A stretch of 64,000 bases of DNA from NCBI RefSeq assembly GCF_902713615.1, contig NW_024056011.1, positions 1-64,000 of the forward strand, given 5' to 3'. Of this stretch, positions 43,875 to 57,980 are shown piece after piece. The DNA comes from Scyliorhinus canicula. Its lineage: Eukaryota. A model generated the notes under the pieces. The model saw only the letters and a list, made by a program, of their open reading frames with translations, did not search any database and was not told where the DNA came from. A program made the position numbers and the translations under genes. Numbering within the stretch: the first letter of the stretch is position 1; the number at the start of each line of letters is the position of its first letter.

Positions 43875-46800
43875 GGGGGACACTGGCATTGCGGCTGTGG
43901 CGGAGGTGCACTGGCAGTGCTGTCTGCAGGGGGAGCACTGGCAGTACTGGCTTGGGGGGGCACTGGCAGTGCTGGCTGTGGGGTGGGGCACTGGCAGTGC
44001 TGGCTGTGGATGCACTGGCAGTGCTGGCTGTGGGGGAGGTGCACTGGCAGGGCTGTCTGCGGGGGGAGCACTGGCAGTGCTGGCTGTGGGAGTTCCAATG
44101 TCAGTGCTGGCTGTGGGAGGAGCACTGGCAGTGCTGGCTGTGGGAGGAGCACTGGCAGTGCTGGCTGTGGGAGGAGCACTGGCAGTGCTTGCTGTGGGAG
44201 GAGCACTGGCAGTGCTGGCTGTGGGGGGGGGGGGCACTGGCAGTGCTGGCTGTGGGGGTTGCAATGTCAGTGCTGGGTGTGTGGGGGGGCACTGGCAGTG
44301 GGGGGGCAATGTCAGTGCTGGCTGTGTGGGGGAGGTACAGACAGTGCTGGCTGTGGGGGTACTGACAGTGCTGGCTGTGGGGGGGGGGAGCACTGGCAGT
44401 GCGGGCTGTGGAGAGAGCACTGGCAGTGCTGGATGTGGTAAGTGAACTGGCAGTGCTGTCTGCGGCGGAAGCCCTGGCAGTGCTGGCTGCTTGAGGGCAC
44501 TGGCAGTGCTGGCTGTGGGGGCAGCACTGGCAGTGCTGGTTGTGGGAGGAGCACTGGCTGTGCTGGCTGTGGGAGGAGCACTGGTAGTGCAGGCTGTGGG
44601 GGGGCACTGGCAGTGCTGGCTGTGGGGGGGCACTGGCAGTGCTGGCTGTGGGGGGAGCACTGGCAGTGCTGGCTGTGGGAGGAGCACTGGCTGTGCTGGC
44701 TGTGGGAGGAGCACTGGTAGTGCTGGCTGTGGGGGGAGCATTGTCAGCGTTGGCTGTGGGCGGGGGGCACTGGCAGTGCTGGCTGTGGGGGAGCACTGGA
44801 AGTGTTGGCTGTGGGGGGAGAACTTGCACTGATGACTGTGGGGGAGCACTGGCATTGCTGGATGTGGGGGAGCACTGGCAGTGATGGCTGTGGGGGGCAC
44901 TGGCAGTGCTGGCTGTGGGGGGGGGCACTGGCAGTGATGGCTGTGGGGGGCTTTGGCAGTGCTGGCTGTGGGGGGGGGGGTTCAGGCAGTGCTGGTTGTG
45001 GGGGGAGCGCTGGCAATCCTGGCTGTGGGGGAGCACTGGCATTGTTGGATGTGGTAGGTGCACTGGCAGTGCTGGCGGTGGGGGGCACTGGCAATGCTGG
45101 CTGTGGGGGGCACTGGCAATGCTGGCTGTGGGGGAGCACTGGCAGTGCTGGCTGTGGGGTGGGGCACTGGCAGTGCTGTCTGTGGGTGGGGTGCCCTGGT
45201 AGTGCTGGCTGTGGGGTGGGGCACTGATAGTGCTGGCTGTGGGAGGGCACTGGCAGTGCTGACTGTGGGAGAAACACTGACAGTGCCGGCTGTGGGTGGG
45301 AGCACTGGCATTGCTGACTGTGCGGGGGGGGCACTTGCAGTGCTGGCTCTGGGGAGCACTGGCAGTGCTGGCTGTGGGGATGGCACTGGCAGTGCAGGCT
45401 GTGGGGGAGCACTGGCAGTGCCGGCTGTGGGAGGGGAGCACTGGCAGTGCTGGCTGTGTGGCGGGGGGGGGGTGTACTGGCAGTGCTGGCTGTGGGGGGA
45501 GCACTGGCCATGCTGGCTGTGGGGGAGGACTGGCAGTGCTGGCTGTGGGGGGAGCACTGGCAGTGATGGCTGTGGGGAGGGGGCACTCAGTGCTGGCTGT
45601 GGGGAGGGGCAGTGGACATTCTGGCTGTGGGGAGCACTGGCAGTGCTTGCTGTGGGTGAGCACTGGCAGTGCTGGCTTTGTGTGATCACTGGCAGTGCTG
45701 GCTGTGGGGGGAGCACTGGCAATGCTGGCTCTGGGGGAGCCCTGGCAGTGCTGACTGTGGGGGGAGCACTGGCAGTGCTGGCTGTGGGGAAGCACTGGCA
45801 GTGCTGGCTCTGGGGGAGGCAGTGGCAGTGCTGGCTGTGGCGGGATCACTGGAAGTGCTGGCTGTGGGAGGGCACTGGCAGTGCTGGCTGTGGGGGGAAT
45901 CACTGGCAGTGCAGGCTGTGCGGTGGGACTTGCAGTGCTGGCTGTGGGGGAGCACTGGCAGTTCTGGCTGTGGGGAGGGGGCACTCAGTGCTGGCTGTGG
46001 GGAGGGGCAGTGGACATTCTGGCTGTGGGGAGCACTGGCAGTGCTTGCTGTGGGTGAGCACTGGCAGTGCTGGCTTTGTGTGAGCACTGGCAGTGCTGGC
46101 TGTGGGGGGAGCACAGGCAATGCTGGCTCTGGGGGAGCCCTGGCAGTGCTGACTGTGCGGGGTGCACTGACAGTGCTGGCTGTGGGGGAGCATTGGCAGT
46201 TGTGGCTCTGGGGGAGGCACTGGCAGTGCTGGCTCTGGGGGAGGCACTGGCAGTACTGGCTGTGGCCAGGCACTGGCAGTGCTGGCTGTGGGGGGAATCA
46301 CTGGCACTGCAGGCTGTGGGGTGGGACTGGCAGTGCTGGCTTTGGGGTGAGACTGGCAGTGCTGGCTGTGGGTGTGCACTGGCAGTGCTGGCTGAGGGAG
46401 GGCACTGACAGTTCTGGCTGTGGGAGGGCACTGACAGTGCTGCCTGTGGGGGGGAGCACTGGCAGAGCTGGCTGTGGGAGAAGCACTGGTTGTGCTGGCT
46501 GTGGGGGGAGCATTGTCAGTGCTGGCTGTAGGGGGGGGGGCACTGGCATTGCTGGCTGTGGGAGGGAGCACTGGCAGTGCTGGCTGTGGGGGGAGCACTG
46601 GCAGTGCCGGCTGTGGAGAGAGCACTGGCAGTGCTGGATGTGGTAGGTGAACTGGCAGTGCTGTCTGCGGCGGAAGCCCTGGTAGTGCTGGCTGTGGGGA
46701 GGGCACTGGCAGTGCTGGCTGTGGGGGCAGCACTGGCAGTGCTGGTTGTGGGAGGAGCACTGGCTGTGCTGGCTGTGGGAGGAGCACTGGTAGTGCAGGC

Positions 46801-49800
46801 TGTGGGGGGGGCACTGGCAGTGCTGGCTGTGGGGGGGCACTGGCAGTGCTGGCTGTGGGGTGAGCACTGGCAGTGCTGGCTGTGAGAGGAGCACTGGCTG
46901 TGCTGGCTGTGGGAGGAGCACTGGTAGTGCTGGCTGTGGGCGGAGCATTGTCAGCGTTGGCTGTGGGCGGGGGGCACTGGCAGTGCTGGCTGTGGGGGAG
47001 CACAGGAAGTGTTGGCTGTGGGGGGAGAACTTGCACTGATGACTGTGGGGGAGCACTGGCATTGCTGGATGTGCGGGAGCACTGGCAGTGCTGGCTGTGA
47101 GTGTGCACTGGCAGTGCTGGCTGTGGGAGGGCACTGACAATTCTGGCTGTGGGACGGCACTGGCAGTGCTGTCTGTGGGGGGGAGCACTGGCAGAGCTGG
47201 CTGTGGGAGAAGCACTGGTAGTGCTGGCTGTGGGGGGGAGCATTGTCAGTGCTGGCTGTGGGGGGGGCACTGGCATTGCTGGCTGTGGGGGGAGCACTGG
47301 CAGTGCTAGCTGTGGGGGAGCACTGGCAGTGCTGGCTGTGGGAGAAGCACTGGTAGTGCTGGCTGTGGGGGGGGGGGCACTGGCAATGCTGGCTCTGGGG
47401 GAGCACTGGCAGTGCTGGCTGCGGGCGGAGCACTGGCAGTGCTCGCTGTGGTGGGAGCACTGGCAGTGCTGGCTGTGGGGGAAGCACTTGCAATGCTGTC
47501 TGTGGGGGAGCACTGGCAATGCTGGCTGTGGTGGGGGCTCTTGCAGTGCTGGCTGTGGGGAGCACTGTCATTGCTGGCTGCGGGGGAGCACTAGCAGTGC
47601 TGGCTGTGGGGAGGGGGCACTCAGTGCTGGCTGTGGGTAGGGGCAGTGGACATTCTGGCTGTGGGGAGCACTGGCAGTGCTTGCTGTGGGTGAGCACTGG
47701 CAGTGCTGGCTGTGGGGGAGCACTGGCAGTTCTGGCTCTGGGGGAGGCACTGGCAGTGCTGGCTCTGGGGGAGGCACTGGCAGTGCTGGCTGTGGGGGGA
47801 ATCACTGGCAGTGCTGGCTGTGGCCAGGCACTGGCAGTGCTGGCTGTGGGGGGAATCACTGGCACTGCAGGCTGTGGGGTGGGACTGGCAGTGCTGGCTT
47901 TGGGGTGAGACTGGCAGTGCTGGCTGTGGGTGTGCACTGGCAGTGCTGGCTGAGGGAGGGCACTGACAGTTCTGGCTGTGGGAGGGCACTGACAGTGCTG
48001 CCTGTGGGGGGGAGCACTGGCAGAGCTGGCTGTGGGAGAAGCACTGGTTGTGCTGGCTGTGGGGGGAGCATTGTCAGTGCTGGCTGTGGGGGGGGGGGGG
48101 GGCACTGGTATTGCTGGCTGTGGGAGGGAGCACTGGCAGTGCTGGTTGTGGGGGGAGCACTGGCAGTGCCGGCTGTGGAGAGAGCACTGGCAGTGCTGGA
48201 TGTGGTAGGTGAACTGGCAGTGCTGTCTGCGGCGGAAGCCCTGGTAGTGCTGGCTGTGGGAGGGCACTGGCAGTGCTGGCTGTGGGGGCAGCACTGGCAG
48301 TGCTGGTTGTGGGAGGAGCACTGGCTGTTCTGGCTGTGGGAGGAGCACTGGTAGTGCAGGCTGTGGGGGGGCACTGGCAGTGCTGGCTGTGGGGGGGCAC
48401 TGGCAGTGCTGGCTGTGGGGTGAGCACTGGCAGTGCTGGCTGTGAGAGGAGAACTGGCTGTGCTGGCTGTGGGAGGAGCACTGGTAGTGCTGGCTGTGGG
48501 CGGAGCATTGTCAGCGTTGGCTGTGGGCGGGGGGCACTGGCAGTGCTGGCTGTGGGGGGAGCACAGGAAGTGTTGGCTGTGGGGGGAGAACTTGCAATGA
48601 TGACTGTGGGGGAGCACTGGCATTGCTGGATGTGCGGGAGCACTGGCAGTGCAGGCTGTGGGTGGGGGCACTGGCAGTGATGGCTGTGGGGGGGCACTGG
48701 CAGTGATGGCTGTGGGGGGCACTGGCAGTGCTGGCTGTGGGGGGGGCACTGGCAGTGATGGCTGTGGGGGGCTTTGGCAGTGCTGGCTGTGGGGGGGGGT
48801 TCAGGCAGTGCTGGTTGTGGGGGGAGCGCTGGCAATCCTGGCTGTGGGGGAGCACTGGCATTGTTGGATGTGGTAGGTGCACTGGCAGTGCTGGCGGTGG
48901 GGGGGCACTGGCAATGCTGGCTGTGGGGGGCACTGGCAATGCTGGCTGTGGGGGAGCACTGGCAGTGCTGGCTGTGGGGTGGGGCACTGGCAGTGCTGTC
49001 TGTGGGTGGGGTGCCCTGGTAATGCTGGCTGTGGGGTGGGGCACTGGTAGTGCTGGCTGTGGGAGGGCACTGGCAGTGCTGACTGTGGGAGGAACACTGA
49101 TAGTGCTGGCTGTGGGTGGGAGCACTGGCATTGCTGACTGTAGGGGGGGGCACTTGCAGTGCTGGCTCTGGGGAGCACTGGCAGTGCTGGCTGTGGGGAT
49201 GGCACTGGCAGTGCAGGCTGTGGGGGAGCACTGGCAGTGCCGGCTGTGGGAGGGGAGCACTGGCAGTGCTGGCTGTGTGCCGGTGTGGTGTACTGGCAGT
49301 GCTGGCTGTGGGGGAGCACTGGCAATGCTGGCTGTGGGGGGAGGACTGGCAGTGCTGGCTGTGGGGGGAGCACTGGCAGTGATGACTGTGGGGAGGGGGC
49401 ACTCAGTGCTGGCTCTGGGGAGCACTGGCAGTGCTGGCTGTGGGGATGGCACTGGCAGTGCAGGCTGTGGGGGAGCACTGGCAGTGCCGGCTGTGTGAGG
49501 GGAGCACTGGCAGTGCTGGCTGTGTGGCGGGGGGGGGGGGGTGTACTGGCAGGTGCTGGCTGTGGGGGGAGCACTGGCAATGCTGGCTGTGGGGGAGGAC
49601 TGGCAGTGCTGGCTGTGGGGGGAGCACTGGCAGTGATGGCTGTGGGGAGGGGGCACTCAGTGCTGGCTGTGGGAAGGGGCAGTGGACATTCTGGCTGTGG
49701 GGAGCACTGGCAGTGCTTGTTGTGGGTGAGCACTGGCAGTGCCGGCTTTGTGTGATCACTGGCAGTGCTGGCTGTGGGGGGAGCACTGGCAATGCTGGCT

Positions 49801-52800
49801 CTGGGGGAGCCCTGGCAGTGCTGACTGTGGGGGGAGCACTGGCAGTGCTGGCTGTGGGGAAGCACTGGCAGTGCTGGCTCTGGGGAGGCAGTGCAGTGGC
49901 TGTGGCGGGATCACTGGAAGTGCTGGCTGTGGGGGGAGCACTGGCAATGCTGGCTCTGGGGGAGCCCTGGCAGTGCTGACTGTGGGGGGAGCACTGGCAG
50001 TGCTGGCTGTGGGGAAGCACTGGCAGTGCTGGCTCTGGGGGAGGCAGTGGCAGTGCTGGCTGTGGCGGGATCACTGGAGGTGCTGGCTGTGGGAGGGCAC
50101 TGGCAATGCTGGCTGTGGGGGGAATCACTGGCAGAGCAGGCTGTGCGGTGGGACTTGCAGTGTTGGCTGTGGGGGAGCACTGGCAGTTCTGACTGTGGGG
50201 AGGGGGCACTCAGTGCTGGCTGTGGGGAGGGGCAGTGGACATTCTGGCTGTGGGGAGCACTGGCAGTGCTTGCTGTGGGTGAGCACTGGCAGTCCTGGCT
50301 TTGTGTGTGCACTGGCAGTGCTGGCTGTGGGGGGAGCACAGGCAATGCTGGCTCTGGGGGAGCCCTGGCAGTGCTGACTGTGCGGGGTGCACTGACAGTG
50401 CTGGCTGTGGGGGAGCACTGGCAGTTCTGGCTCTGGGGGAGGCACTGGCAGTGCTGGCTCTGGGGGAGGCACTGGCAGTGCTGGCTGTGGCCAGGCACTG
50501 GCAGTGCTGGCTGTGGGGGGAATCACTGGCACTGCAGCCTGTGGGGGGGGAGCACTGGCAGAGCTGGCTGTGGGAGAATCACTGGTAGTGCTGGCTGTGG
50601 GGGGAGCATTGTCAGTGCTGGCTGTGGGGGGGGGGGGGGCACTGGCATTGCTGGCTGTGGGGGGGGGAGCACTGGCAGTGCTAGCTGTGGGGGGAGCACT
50701 GGCAGTGCTGGTTGTGGGAGAAGCACTGGTAGTGCTGGCTGTGGGGGGGGGGCCCGGCAATGCTGGCTCTGGGGGAGCACTGGCAGTGCTGGCTGCGGGC
50801 GGAGCACTGGCAGTGCTCGCTGTGGTGGGAGCACTGGCAGTGCTGGCTGTGGGGGAAGCACTTGCAATGCTGTCTGTGGGGGAGCACTGGCAATGCTGGC
50901 TGTGGTGGGGGCTCTTGCAGTGCTGGCTGTGGGGAGCACTGTCATTGCTGGCTGCGGGGGAGCACTAGCAGTGCTGGCTGTGGGGAGGGGGCACCCAGTG
51001 CTGGCTGTGGGGAGGGGCAGTGGACATTCTGGCTGTGGGGAGCACTGGCAGTGCTTTCTGTGGGTGAGCACTGGCAGTGCTGGCTTTGTGTGAGCACTGG
51101 CAGTGCTGGCTGTGGGGGGGAACACAGGCAATGCTGGCTCTGGGGGAGCCCTGGCAGTGCTGACTGTGCGGGGTGTACTGACAGTGCTGGCTGTGGGGGA
51201 GCACTGGCAGTTCTGGCTCTGGGGGAGGCACTGGCAGTGCTGGCTGTGGCCAGGCACTGGCAGTGCTGGCTGTGGGGGGAATCACTGGCACTGCAGCCTG
51301 TGGCGGGGAGCACTGGCAGAGCTGGCTGCGGGAGAATCACTGGTAGTGCTGGCTGTGGGGGGAGCATTGTCAGTGCTGGCTGTGGGGGGGGGGGACACTG
51401 GCATTGCTGGCTGTGTGGGGGGGAGCACTGGCAGTGCTAGCTGTGGGCGGAGCACTGGCAATGCTGGCTGTGGGAGAAGCACTGGTAGTGCTGGCTGTGG
51501 GGGGGGGGGGCACTGGCAATGCTGGCTCTGGGGGAGCACTTTCAGTGCTGGCTGTGGTGGGAGCACTGGCAGTGCTGGCTGTGGGGGAAGCACTTGCAAT
51601 GCTGTCTGTGGGGGAGCACTGGCAATGCTGGCTGTGGTGGGGGCTCTTGCAGTGCTGGCTGTGGGGAGCACTGTCATTGCTGGCTGCGGGGGAGCACTAG
51701 CAGTGCTGGCTGTGGGGAGGGGGCACCCAGTGCTGGCTGTGGGGAGGGGCAGTGGACATTCTGGCTGTGGGGAGCACTGGCAGTGCTTGCTGTGGGTGAG
51801 CACTGGCAGTGCTGGCTTTGTGTGAGCACTGGCAGTGCTGGCTGTGGGGGGAGCACAGGCAATGCTGGCTCTGGGGGAGCCCTGGCAGTGCTGGCTGTGC
51901 GGGGTGCACTGACAGTGCTGGCTGTGGGGGAGCACTGGCAGTTCTGGCTCTGGGGGAGGCACTGGCAGTGCTGGCTCTGGGGGAGGCACTGGCAGTGCTG
52001 GCTGTGGCCAGGCACTGGCAGTGCTGGCTGTGGGGGGAATCACTGGCACTGCAGGCTGTGGGGTGGGACTGGCAGTGCTGGCTTTGGGGTGAGACTGGCA
52101 GTGCTGGCTGTGGGTGTGCACTGGCAGTGCTGGCTGAGGGAGGGCACTGACAGTTCTGGCTGTGGGAGGGCACTGACAGTGCTGCCTGTGAGGGGGAGCA
52201 CTGGCAGAGCTGGCTGTGGGAGAAGCACTGGTAGTGCTGGCTGTGGGGGGAGCATTGTCAGTGCTGGCTGTGGGGGGGCACTGGCATTGCTGGCTGTGGG
52301 GGGGAGCACTGGCAGTGCAGGCTGTGGGGGAAGCACTGGCAGTGCTGGCTGTGGGAGAAGCACTGGTAGTGCTGGCTGTGGGGGGGGGGGCACTGGCAAT
52401 GCTGGATCTGGGGGAGCACTGGCAGTGCTGGCTGTGGTGGGAGCACTGGCAGTGCTGGCTGTGGGGGAAGCACTTGCAATGCTGTCTGTGGGGGAGCACT
52501 GGCAATGCTGGCTGTGGTGGGGGCTCTTGCAGTGCTGGCTGTGGGGAGCACTGTCATTGCTGGCTGCGGGGGAGCACTAGCAGTGCTGGCTGTGGGGAGG
52601 GGGCACCCAGTGCTGGCTGTGGGGAGGGGCAGTGGACATTCTGGCTGTGGGGAGCACTGGCAGTGCTTGCTGTGGGTGAGCACTGGCAGTGCTGGCTTTG
52701 TGTGAGCACTGGCAGTGCTGGCTGTGGGGGGAGCACAGGCAATGCTGGCTCTGGGGGAGCCCTGGCAGTGCTGGCTGTGCGGGGTGCACTGACAGTACTG

Positions 52801-55800
52801 GCTGTGGGGGAGCACTGGCAGTTCTGGCTCTGGGGGAGGCACTGGCAGTGCTGGCTCTGGGGGAGGCACTGGCAGTGCTGGCTGTGGCCAGGCACTGGCA
52901 GTGCTGGCTGTGGCCAGGCACTGGCAGTGCTGACTGTGGGGGGAATCACTGGCACTGCAGGCTGTGGGGTGGGACTGGCAGTGCTGGCTTTTTGGGTGGA
53001 GACTGGCAGTGCTGGCTGTGGGGTGTGCACTGGCAGTGCTGGCTGAGGGAGGGCACTGACAGTTCTGGCTGTGGGAGGGCACTGACAGTGCTGCCTGTGA
53101 GGGGGAGCACTGGCAGAGCTGGCTGTGGGAGAAGCACTGGTAGTGCTGGCTGTGGGTAGAGCATTGTCAGTGCTGGCTGTGGGGGGGGGGGGGGGGGCAC
53201 TGGCATTGCTGGCTGTGGGGGGGAGCACTGGCAGTGCAGGCTGTGGGGGAAGCACTGGCAGTGCTGGCTGTGGGAGAAGCACTGGTAGTGCTGGCTGTGG
53301 GGGGGCACTGGCAATGCTGGCTCTGGGGGAGCACTGGCAGTGCTGGCTGCGGGCGGAGCACTGGCAGTGCTCGCTGTGGTGGGAGCACTGGCAGTGCTGG
53401 CTGTGGGGGAAGCACTTGCAATGCTGTCTGTGGGGGAGCACTGGCAATGCTGGCTGTGGTGGGGGCTCTTGCAGTGCTGGCTGTGGGGAGCACTGTCATT
53501 GCTGACTGCCTGGGAGCACTAGCAATGCTGGCTGTGGTGGAGCACTAGCAGTGCTGGCTGTGGGGAGGGAGCACTGGCAGTTCTGGCTGTGGGGAGGGAG
53601 CACTGGCAGTGCTGCTTGTGGGGGAGCACTGGCAATGCTGGATCTGGGGGAGCACTGGCAGCGCTGGTTGCGGGGGGAGCACTGGCAGTGATGGCTGAGG
53701 TGGGAGCACTGGCAGTGCTGGCTCAAGGGGGGAGCCCTGGCAGTGCTGGCTGTGACCGGGCACTGGCAGTGCTGGCTGTGGGTGGGGGGAGGGCACTGGC
53801 AGTGCTGGCTGGGAGGGTAGCACTGGCAGTGTTGGCTGTGGTGGTAGCACATGCAGCGCTGGTTGGTGGGGGGGGGGCACTGGCAGTGCTGGCTGTGGGG
53901 GAGCACTGGCAGTGCAGGCTGTGTGTGGGAGCACTGGCAGTGCTGGCTGTGGGGGGAGCACTGGGACTGCTGGCTGTGGGGGGCACTGGCAGTGCTGGCT
54001 GTGGGGTGGGGAACTAACAGTGCTAGCTGTGGGAGGGCACTGGCAGTGCTGGCTGTGGGGGGAGCACTGGCGGTGCTGGCTGCGGGGGGAACACTGGCAG
54101 TGCTGGCTGTGGGAGTGCACTGGCAGTGCTGGCTGGGTGAGTGAGCACTGGCAGTGCTGGCTGTGGGGGGAGCACTGGCAATGCTGGCTGTGGGGGAGCA
54201 CTGGCAATGCTGGCTGTGGGGGGTGGTCTTGCAGTGCTGGCTGTGTGGAGCACCGTCATTGCTGGACGTGGGGAGCACTGGCAGTGCTGGCTGTGGGGGA
54301 GCACTAGCAGTACTGGCTGTGGGGGAGCACTAGCAGTGCTGGCTGTGGGGGAGGGAGCACTGGCAGTTCTGGCTGTGGAGAGGGAGCACTGGCAGTGCTG
54401 CTTGTGTGGGAGCACTGGCAACGCTGGCTCTGGGGGAGCACAGGCAGTGCTGGTTGCGGGGTGGGAGCACTGGCAGTGCTCGCTGTGGTGGGAGCACTGG
54501 CAGTGCTGGCTGTGGTGGGGAGCACTTGCAATGCCGTCTGTGGGGGAGCACTGGCAATGCTGGCTGCGGGGGAGCACTGGCAGTTCTGGCTCTGGGGGAG
54601 GCACTGGCAGTGCTGGCTCTGGGGGAGGCACTGGCAGTGCTGGCTGTGGCCAGGCACTGGCAGTGCTGGCTGTGGCCAGGCACTGGCAGTGCTGGCTGTG
54701 GGGGGAATCACTGGCACTGCAGGCTGTGGGGTGGGACTGGCAGTGCTGGCTTTGGGGTGAGACTGGCAGTGCTGGCTGTGGGTGTGCACTGGCAGTGCTG
54801 GCTGAGGGAGGGCACTGACAGTTCTGGCTGTGGGAGGGCACTGACAGTGCTGCCTGTGAGGGGGAGCACTGGCAGAGCTGGCTGTGGGAGAAGCACTGGT
54901 AGTGCTGGCTGTGGGGGGAGCATTGTCAGTGCTGGCTGTGGGGGGGGGGCACTGGCATTGCTGGCTGTGGGGGGGAGCACTGGCAGTGCAGGCTGTGGGG
55001 GAAGCACTGGCAGTGCTGGCTGTGGGAGAAGCACTGGTAGTGCTGGCTGTGGGGGGGGGGCACTGGCAATGCTGGCTCTGGGGGAGCACTGGCAGTGCTG
55101 GCTGTGGTGGGAGCACTGGCAGTGCTGGCTGTGGGGGAAGCACTTGCAATGCTGTCTGTGGGGGAGCACTGGCAATGCTGGCTGTGGTGGGGGCTCTTGC
55201 AGTGCTGGCTGTGGGGAGCACTGTCATTGCTGGCTGCGGGGGAGCACTAGCAGTGCTGGCTGTGGGGAGGGGGCACCCAGTGCTGGCTGTGGGGAGGGGC
55301 AGTGGACATTCTGGCTGTGGGGAGCACTGGCAGTGCTTGCTGTGGGTGAGCACTGGCAGTGATGGCTTTGTGTGAGCACTGGCAGTGCTGGCTGTGGGGG
55401 GAGCACAGGCAATGCTGGCTCTGGGGGAGCCCTGGCAGTGCTGACTGTGCGGGGTGCACTGACAGTGCTGGCTGTGGGGGAGCACTGGCAGTTCTGGCTC
55501 TGGGGGAGGCACTGGCAGTGCTGGCTCTGGGGGAGGCACTGGCAGTGCTGGCTGTGGCCAGGCCTGGCAGTGCTGGCTGTGGCCAGGCACTGGCAGTGCT
55601 GGCTGTGGGGGAATCACTGGCACTGCAGGCTGTGGGGTGGGACTGGCAGTGCTGGCTTTGGGGTGAAACTGGCAGTGCTGGCTGTGGGTGTGCACTGGCA
55701 GTGCTGGCTGAGGGAGGGCACTGACAGTTCTGGCTGTGGGAGGGCACTGACAGTGCTGCCTGTGAGGGGGAGCACTGGCAGAGCTGGCTGTGGGAGAAGC

Positions 55801-57978
55801 ACTGGTAGTGCTGGCTGTGGGGGGAGCATTGTCAGTGCTGGCTGTGGGGCGGGGCACTGGCATTGCTGGCTGTGGGGGGGAGCACTGGCAGTGCAGGCTG
55901 TGGGGGAAGCACTGGCAGTGCTGGCTGTGGGAGAAGCACTGGTAGTGCTGGCTGTGGGGGGGCACTGGCAATGCTGGCTCTGGGGGAGCACTGGCAGTGC
56001 TGGCTGCGGGCGGAGCACTGGCAGTGCTCGCTGTGGTGGGAGCACTGGCAGTGCTGGCTGTGGGGGAAGCACTTGCAATGCTGTCTGTGGGGGAGCACTG
56101 GCAATGCTGGCTGTGGTGGGGGCTCTTGCAGTGCTGGCTGTGGGGAGCACTGTCATTGCTGGCTGCCTGGGAGCACTAGCAATGCTGGCTGTGGTGGAGC
56201 ACTAGCAGTGCTGGCTGTGGGGAGGGAGCACTGGCAGTTCTGGCTGTGGGGAGGGAGCACTGGCAGTGCTGCTTGTGGGGGAGCACTGGCAATGCTGGAT
56301 CTGGGGGAGCACTGGCAGTGCTGGTTGCGGGGGGAGCACTGGCAGTGATGGCTGAGGTGGGAGCACTGGCAGTGCTGGCTCAAGGGGGGAGCCCTGGCAG
56401 TGCTGGCTGTGACCGGGCACTGGCAGTGCTGGCTGTGGGTGGGGGGGAGGGCACTGGCAGTGCTGGCTGGGGAGGGAGCACTGGCAGTGTTGGCTGTGGT
56501 GGTAGCACATGCAGCGCTGGCTGGTGGGGGGGGGCACTGGCAGTGCTGGCTGTGGGGGAGCACTGGCAGTGCAGGCTGTGTGTGGGAGCACTGGCAGTGC
56601 TGGCTGTGGGGGGAGCACTGGGACTGCTGGCTGTGGGGGGCACTGGCAGTGCTGGCTGTGGGGTTGGGAACTAACAGTGCTAGCTGTGGGAGGGCACTGG
56701 CAGTGCTGGCTGTGGGGGGAGCTCTGGCAGTGCTGGCTGCGGGGGGAACACTGGCAGTGCTGGCTGTGGGAGTGCACTGGCAGTGCTGGCTGGGTGAGGG
56801 AGCACTGGCAGTGCTGGCTGTGGGGGGAGCACTGGCAATGCTGGCTGTGGGGGAGCACTGGCAATGCTGGCTGTGGGGGGTGGTCTTGCAGTGCTGGCTG
56901 TGTGGAGCACCGTCATTGCTGGACGTGGGGAGCACTGGCAGTGCTGGCTGTGGGGGAGCACTAGCAGTACTGGCTGTGGGGGAGCACTAGCAGTGCTGGC
57001 TGTGGGGAGGGAGCACTGGCAGTTCTGGCTGTTGAGAGGGAGCACTGGCAGTGCTGCTTGTGTGGGAGCACTGGCAACGCTGGCTCTGGGGGAGCACAGG
57101 CAGTGCTGGTTGCGGGGGGAGCACTGGCAGTGCTCGCTGTGGTGGGAGCACTGGCAGTGCTGGCTGTGGGGGGAGCACTTGCAATGCCGTCTGTGGGGGA
57201 GCACTGGCAATGCTGGCTGCGGGGGAGCACTAGCAGTGCTGGCTGTGGGGGAGCACTAGCCATGCTGTCTGTGGGGGAGCACTGGCAATGCTGGCTGTGG
57301 TGGGGGCTCTTGCAGTGCTGGCTGTGGGGAGCACTGTCGTTGCTGGCTGCGTGGGAGCACTAGCAATGCTGGCTGTGGGGGAGCACTAGCAGTGCTGGCT
57401 GTGGGGAGGGAGCACTGGCAGTTCTGGCTGTGGGGAGGGAGCACTGGCAGTGCTGCTTGTGGGGGAGCACTGGCAATGCTGGATCTGGGGGAGCACTGGC
57501 AGTGCTGGTTGCGGGGGGAGCACTGGCAGTGATGGCTGTGGTGGGAGCACTGGCAGTGCTGGCTCAAGGGGGGAGCCCTGGCAGTGCTGGCTGTGACCGG
57601 GCACTGGCAGTGCTGGCTGTGGGTGGGGGGGGGGGGGGAGGGCACTGGCAGTGCTGGCTGGCGGGAGGGAGCACTGGCAGTGCTGGCAGTGGGGGAGGGG
57701 GGTGGGTGCCCTGGTAGTGCTGGCTGTGGGAGGGCACTGGCAGTGCTGACTGTGGGGGGAGCACTGGCAGGGTTGGCAGTGGGGCGAGCACTGTCAGTGC
57801 TCGCTGCCGGGGGGTACTGGCAGTGCTGGCTGGGGGAGGGAGTACTGGCAGTGCTGGCAGTGGGGGTGGGGGGTGGGTGCCCTGGTAGTGCTGGCTGTGG
57901 GAGGGCACTGGCAGTGCTGACTGTGGGAGGGCACTGACAGTGATGGCTGTGATGGTGGCACTGGCAGTGCTGGCTGTG
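43875..57978. repeat. 14.1-kb G-rich satellite, ~25-29-bp monomer (AGCACTGGCAGTGCTGGCTGTG(G)n) with higher-order repeats
   Basis: Direct inspection; ORF-track duplicates reveal higher-order periods of ~760, 880 and 2657-2668 bp. Confidence 0.97.
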
Positions 57979-57980
57979 AA

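Noticed and set aside
43875-57978. CACTG-G-CAGTG resembling RSS heptamers or a RAG signal joint
   Set aside because: A signal joint is CACTGTG|CACAGTG. The motif lacks full heptamers and I see no nonamers at 12/23 spacing.
43875-57978. The 14-kb G-rich satellite as an Ig switch region
   Set aside because: It lies 26 kb upstream of VH, outside the J-C intron, and is G-rich on the strand opposite IgH transcription.
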